From NCBI GenBank assembly GCA_051294905.1, contig CM119386.1, forward strand, positions 6,138,001-6,202,000: DNA of 64,000 bases. Reading direction: 5' to 3'. Shown here piece by piece: positions 59,160 to 64,000 of this stretch. The stretch's first letter is position 1, and every line of letters begins with the position of its first letter. A program made the position numbers and the translations under genes. Below the pieces are notes generated by a model, which did no database searches, was not told the DNA's origin, and saw nothing but the letters and a program-made list of their open reading frames with translations. The DNA comes from Botryllus schlosseri (Eukaryota).

Positions 59160-59898
59160 AGACCCGATATACTTTCCTACGCCAGCCCAAGGTTATAAAC
59201 AGAACAACAGGACGGCCACACACACTCGCCCTCTAGTGTCATCCGCAAGCTCATTGAACCATTCTGCCCGTCGGTCATTTTATCAGTTCATTAGAATCAT
59301 TACTAGAATCAATAATACATATTATATATAAATCATTGCTGACTCTGAGTTGACTGTATCCATTGTATGTTATTGACTAACAAATGCATTCATGATCGTG
59401 AACAAAATTTGATGAGCAATATGGATCAGTTTCCGATCAGTTCATACTGCTTTCCGTTACATGATAGACAGTCTCTATAGTCGATTTCACACCTAATAAT
59501 ATAATCAGCGGGTGTTTTAACTTGTTCACACTCGCATCGTTTTTCTTAATCTAAGGTTTATCCGTAGCCTTTGTTGATGCAATTTATGCTCCTCAGTGTT
59601 GTCACAAGTTGCAGAAATCACCATTCTATCTACTTCCATATCTACCGTACGTAACTCTTAACCAAGGGGCTACGGATATACGACAAAGACAATCATTTGC
59701 TGCCACTGTAGATTCCGTGAAAAACTGCGTTGGTGCGTTACTGCGTGTGCCGTGATGAGAATGCGTCCATATTTTGTGCTGCAATACAGCTTTGAAATAA
59801 ACGTGATATCACCGATGATTTATAATCACCGACAACGCCATCCAATGTCGCCGCACTTTCCCGCAGTCCAGCTGTTTGTTTGCGTGCAAATACGGGGT
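59160..59898. promoter_or_regulatory. Probable bidirectional promoter between the NDUFA4-like gene and REXO2
   Basis: Head-to-head ATGs at 59132 (-) and 59899 (+), 767 bp apart; CpGs are more frequent here than in the TCAIM body. Confidence 0.55.
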
Positions 59899-60639
59899 AT
59901 GCTAAACTCTACTGTTCGGCTGTCTCAGTTTTGTATATTCTTTTACCGATCAATCGGACAACTTCGAATCGTTGCGAACACCAAACGAATCGATTCGCGC
60001 GATAGATCACTGAGCACGGGAGGCACAAACAGTTCGCGCCTCGACTGCATTGACAACAGTATCAGAATAAATAGTTTAGAATTAAAGATGTCGTCGCCGA
60101 GACAGCGCTTGATTTGGGTAGATTTGGAAATGACAGGTCTAGACATAAACCGCGATGAAATCATCGAGATCGCGTGTATTGTCACGGACCAGGATTTGAA
60201 CGTGATAGCGGAGGGACCCAATCTGATTATAAACGTGCCAGACGAAGTGCTGGACGGAATGGGTGATTGGTGTAAACAACACCATGGCAGTTCAGGCCTG
60301 ACGAAAGCAGTCCGTGAAAGTAAAATAAGGATTAAAGATGCGGAGCACACAGTCCTCAAATTTGTTCAGAAGCACACACAGCCAAAAGAATGTCCCATCG
60401 CTGGGAACTCGATCCATGTTGATAAAAGATTCATTGACAAGTACATGCCACGTCTATCCAGTCATCTTCATTACCGCATTGTCGATGTGAGCACCGTGAA
60501 GGAATTATGTCGCAGATGGTATCCTGAAGTTTATAAAAGAGCTCCTAAAAAAGCTGAATCTCACCGTGCTCTGGATGACATAAAGGAAAGCATAAAGGAA
60601 ATGCAATATTATAGGAAGACAATTTTTAATCAGCGATGA
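59899..60639 (+). CDS. REXO2: Oligoribonuclease (DEDDh 3'-5' exonuclease), intronless; long start ATG 59899 (246 aa), short start ATG 60088 (183 aa)
   Basis: [74 protein letters not shown] are the Orn/REXO2 motifs, with complete DEDDh catalytic residues. The frame is open upstream to 59752, so the true start is inferred. Confidence 0.95.
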   Translation: MLNSTVRLSQFCIFFYRSIGQLRIVANTKRIDSRDRSLSTGGTNSSRLDCIDNSIRINSLELKMSSPRQRLIWVDLEMTGLDINRDEIIEIACIVTDQDLNVIAEGPNLIINVPDEVLDGMGDWCKQHHGSSGLTKAVRESKIRIKDAEHTVLKFVQKHTQPKECPIAGNSIHVDKRFIDKYMPRLSSHLHYRIVDVSTVKELCRRWYPEVYKRAPKKAESHRALDDIKESIKEMQYYRKTIFNQR

Positions 60640-61533
60640 CAAACATTTGGGATTGGCACACTGAGAATATCATCAGAAGCAATATCGAGTATTGCCATTT
60701 GTCACACACAAAATGGTGAAATGCAATACCACAATTTCACTTACAAGTTGCAATGTGTTATGTTTGCAGAAACAGGCCACCGCTGGAGGCCTGTGATGGA
60801 ACAACTTTTGCCGTAATTATAATTATATATAATGAATGTTAACTGGAAATTTGGAAATTTCCTGAATTTTCATTCACAATTTTCAATAATTCTATGTCTT
60901 CAACGGTAAATTTGGAAAAATTCGGTGAATCGCCGCTGTAAGCTTAATCCACGACACTTCCCTCCTATGCTGCTGAGATTTTGAGAAAATATCGGCACCT
61001 GTCCGAGTTTGAAATATCATCCACTATTGCATAGTAACATTTTGGAAATTATTCAAGGGACTTTGGGACAATGTATTTCAATAATGCTTGCCAAAAGATT
61101 ATTCGATCTCATAGAATCGAACAATCAGTGCCATTTCCTCACTCTCTACGAGGTCTACTGTCAATCATATTCCTCCTTATTGATATGCATTATGGCTCGT
61201 GATTTCTTGCGTTATTTTACCTCATATCTTGAAAAGATATTCTTTCCAAAATATCAGTCATGGGCACTACAATAATATCATGGATGTGGCCCGAATTTTC
61301 GAAATGGTTGTCAATAACCGAAACTGCCGCATGGAAAAGCAATCACTGCAATGTTCAAAATACTGCCAACACTTGAAGATAACAAACGTACCTTTTGCTG
61401 TCATTATTAAAGTGGCAATAATGCATCATTTTATCAGTTACATTTTCTTTGAACCAAGTTTTGTTCTTTATGTTGAAATTTTTTAGACTATAACTATGCA
61501 CTGGAGTCATGATTAGAAATTTATATAAACACC

Positions 61534-64000
61534 ATGAGTTTTTATGAAAATTCTTTTGGATCCAAGAAGAAATTGCGGCAACTGTCCATAACTGACTTAT
61601 TTCAACCTGCGCAGAAGAAAAGATGTACTTCAAATAAATCAGAACGGACCTCATCTGACGGTATCGAAATGGAAAATAAAGTTGGTGATGGTCCCCAAAA
61701 GGTTTCAGTGGAACAGAAATCCAGTGAAACTAACAATATTACACAGGAATTGTCTTTCGAAGAAACAAATAAACAATGCAATGATCACATCGAACGGCCG
61801 CAGGATAAAGCTGACGGAGATACCAGTGACAAGTTCGTATATCTTTTTCACCTATCTATAGTTTTGTACATCAATAATTGTCACTGCTGCTCTTCGAGAC
61901 ATAAGCCTGACACTAGCAGACTTGGTCAACTAGATAATCCTAGTTATCTAATTCAACTAATAAGAATGAGATGGTGGTAATCTAATTGTAATCTAATTTC
62001 TAAAATGTTTCTTTGCTCTAACTATAATCTAATTTGTGAAGTGTTTCTATGCTGTAATTTTAATTCGCAATCTCATTACTGGTTTTCCTTTGAATCAGTG
62101 TTCCCCAAACACTTTTTACATGACCTTCAAGCTGCAAACTAGGTATCAAACGCCCCCTAACCCCCTCCTACCTCCGACAATTTTTTTTACATTGCACAGT
62201 CACTGCTTGGCGCACAGATTTCTATGTTTATCTTATTCGGGAGTTCTTGAACTTTTTTAACTGCGCACCCTTTAGACTTGCGCACCTGTATCGTAAGCTT
62301 CACCGCATACCCTTTTGAAATAATGTGGCATCAAGTACGTACGCAATTGAAAGGCAAAACGCAGCGAACTATGTATTTACACTTTCAAACGTCGTTTCAC
62401 CACGATGAATGATTTTGATTCTACTTCTCGAGTAAATGTTTTCTTGGAAGAGTTTCGGAGGAATCGCCATTGCAGAAAATTGTCACTGTGCCAGAAAAAT
62501 GAAGTTCCTCGAGTGAACCCGAAAACTCTCTCGCACCCCCCTGAGGAGGACTTCAGCCCAGATTAGGAACCGTTGTTCTAATTCATTGGCTGCGCGATAC
62601 ACATTATGTGTGTTTTGTCAGTCACAACTTTCATCTTTGTTTGGTTGCAATATTCGCCCAAACCTTCATCGTCCTCGTTCATGTGTTTGAATGTGTGTTC
62701 ATAATTTGCACTCAGTAAATGTCACTATGTTGGATAATTAGTCTTTCTTACTTGATTGATTGCTTGGCTGAGAGTGTTGGTGACGCTTTCTGATTGAAGT
62801 CGAAGTCGGCTACAGTAGCATATTCATAAATGTGACTTGAGTGCACACTTGCACAGACAATTTTCTATAGTCCATAGCGCCCACTTTTACTCTCTGCGGC
62901 GCCCCGAATCGTGCCCCGAATCGCCCAATTTGTAGCTGGCGCCCGCTTGGGAGCCGCTGCTCTGAAGGCTACAGGAAACTGCATAGTGCGAAACGAGCCA
63001 AGCTTGCTGTACAGACATTTGCTGAATCTCATGCTCACGGGAATCAACGTCTAATTTTGAAAAAAAAACTGTGCAGCTATAATTCTAATTTGAATGTGAT
63101 TTGAAAAATACTGTATAGCCATAATTCTAGCTCTACTCTTATTTGGAATACTGTGTAGCTATAATTCTAATATTAATCTTATGTGGAAAAGCGGGAAATT
63201 TTCTAGTAGTTCAAGTCCGCTAGGCAAGCGGTGACAAACCATTTTGACCATGCTATCCTAACAGCATATCATTGCTTCGTGAAGGGTCTTATTGCAACTT
63301 ATTGATCACACTAAAAGTTTTGAGATTTAGCCAAGGTGACATCATATTTGCCTTGAGCATTGAGCAATTGCCCCACGTTTCATGTGGTGTGGCAAATGAA
63401 AATACATTGATCAAAGTCATTCAAGGTCCTCTGCAATCTTAAAAGAACTAAAGGATTAACTGGGTTCTTGCATCTTCTCGAAACAAGGAAAAATGTCCAA
63501 CATCAATAAATCAATAATGAACTTTGATGAAGAAAAAAATGCACAAGCTCAATTTCAGTCAGTTCCTGATGACACTCCTCATCAGCTGCACGTCTGCAGC
63601 TACCGCATAGCCTAATATAACTTGCCATGTCAGTTTCAAATTTTTTTTTTCGAAATATGTTTCAGTACCACCAAGCTCTGCTTAGTACCTATAAAATTGG
63701 TGTTTCACTGCCTAATTGGGTAGGTATAGTTTCTGTGCTATTATCTTATATCGGTCATTTTTAGTTCAGTTAGTACTAAATTGTATGTAACTTTGTTTCA
63801 GACTATCTCAAGGAAGTCAGGATTTAGTGGAGGCTATAATAGCAGAAAAAAGTGAACGCTGTCGGAAATTTTTGAACCAAAACATTGTGGAAGAAGACGA
63901 TGCCGTATCAAACTCATCTATAGAAATGTCGTTGAAACCTGTGACGACGCCTGCAAACAAGTGTGTACCAGTACAAAGCAACCGTACGTTATTAAGAAAA
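61534..64000 (+). CDS. Unidentified protein, 5' part; basic N-terminus with PIP-box/degron-like motif, then low-complexity charged region
   Basis: Acceptor ttttttAG at 61485-61486 precedes accATG 61534. Exon 61534-61832 (donor AA|GTTCGT, phase 2) is phase-compatible with an open exon 63802-64000 (tttgtttcAG|A CTA..; LSQGSQDLVEAIIAEKSERCRKFLNQ). Possible intermediate exons 61899-61942 and 63488-63557 have weak splice sites. No family recognised. Confidence 0.6.

Noticed and set aside
59752-59898. 295-aa version of REXO2 from the ORF track
   Set aside because: Starts at GTG, and the extra N-terminal segment does not look like a presequence or conserved sequence; ATG 59899 or 60088 is more plausible.
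62450-62570. Coding-like stretch VSEESPLQKIVTVPEK*SSSSEPENSLAPP as an exon of the last gene
   Set aside because: Contains an in-frame TGA and a frameshift at a C6 run, with no convincing donor; could be a decayed exon or an assembly error.

Overview
Eukaryotic, intron-rich animal DNA; no prokaryotic features, CRISPR, rRNA or tRNA were seen. Gene content, very short 55-81 nt introns and an AT-rich composition suggest an invertebrate deuterostome, possibly a tunicate (inference). I assembled six protein-coding genes by hand from splice signals and reading phase. (1) An IRF4/8-like transcription factor on the minus strand, with three coding exons separated by ~11-12 kb introns, continuing off the left edge. 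(2) Anillin (+, 26 exons, ~1043 aa). (3) TCAIM (-, 9 exons, 545 aa). (4) An intronless NDUFA4/C15orf48-family gene (-). (5) An intronless REXO2 oligoribonuclease (+). (6) The start of an unidentified gene with a PIP-degron-like motif (+, runs off the right edge). Introns carry many non-autonomous hAT-type MITEs with clear 8-bp target-site duplications, some nested, plus palindromic elements and retroelement 3' tails. The most notable points are a tight cluster of three mitochondrial-protein genes, a GC-AG intron competing with a frame-breaking GT donor in anillin, an IRF with mosaic IRF1/IRF4 features and a long N-terminal extension, CRE-site enrichment across the IRF gene, and a ~250-bp hairpin upstream of IRF. 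I found no clearly new biological system; these are leads, not discoveries.
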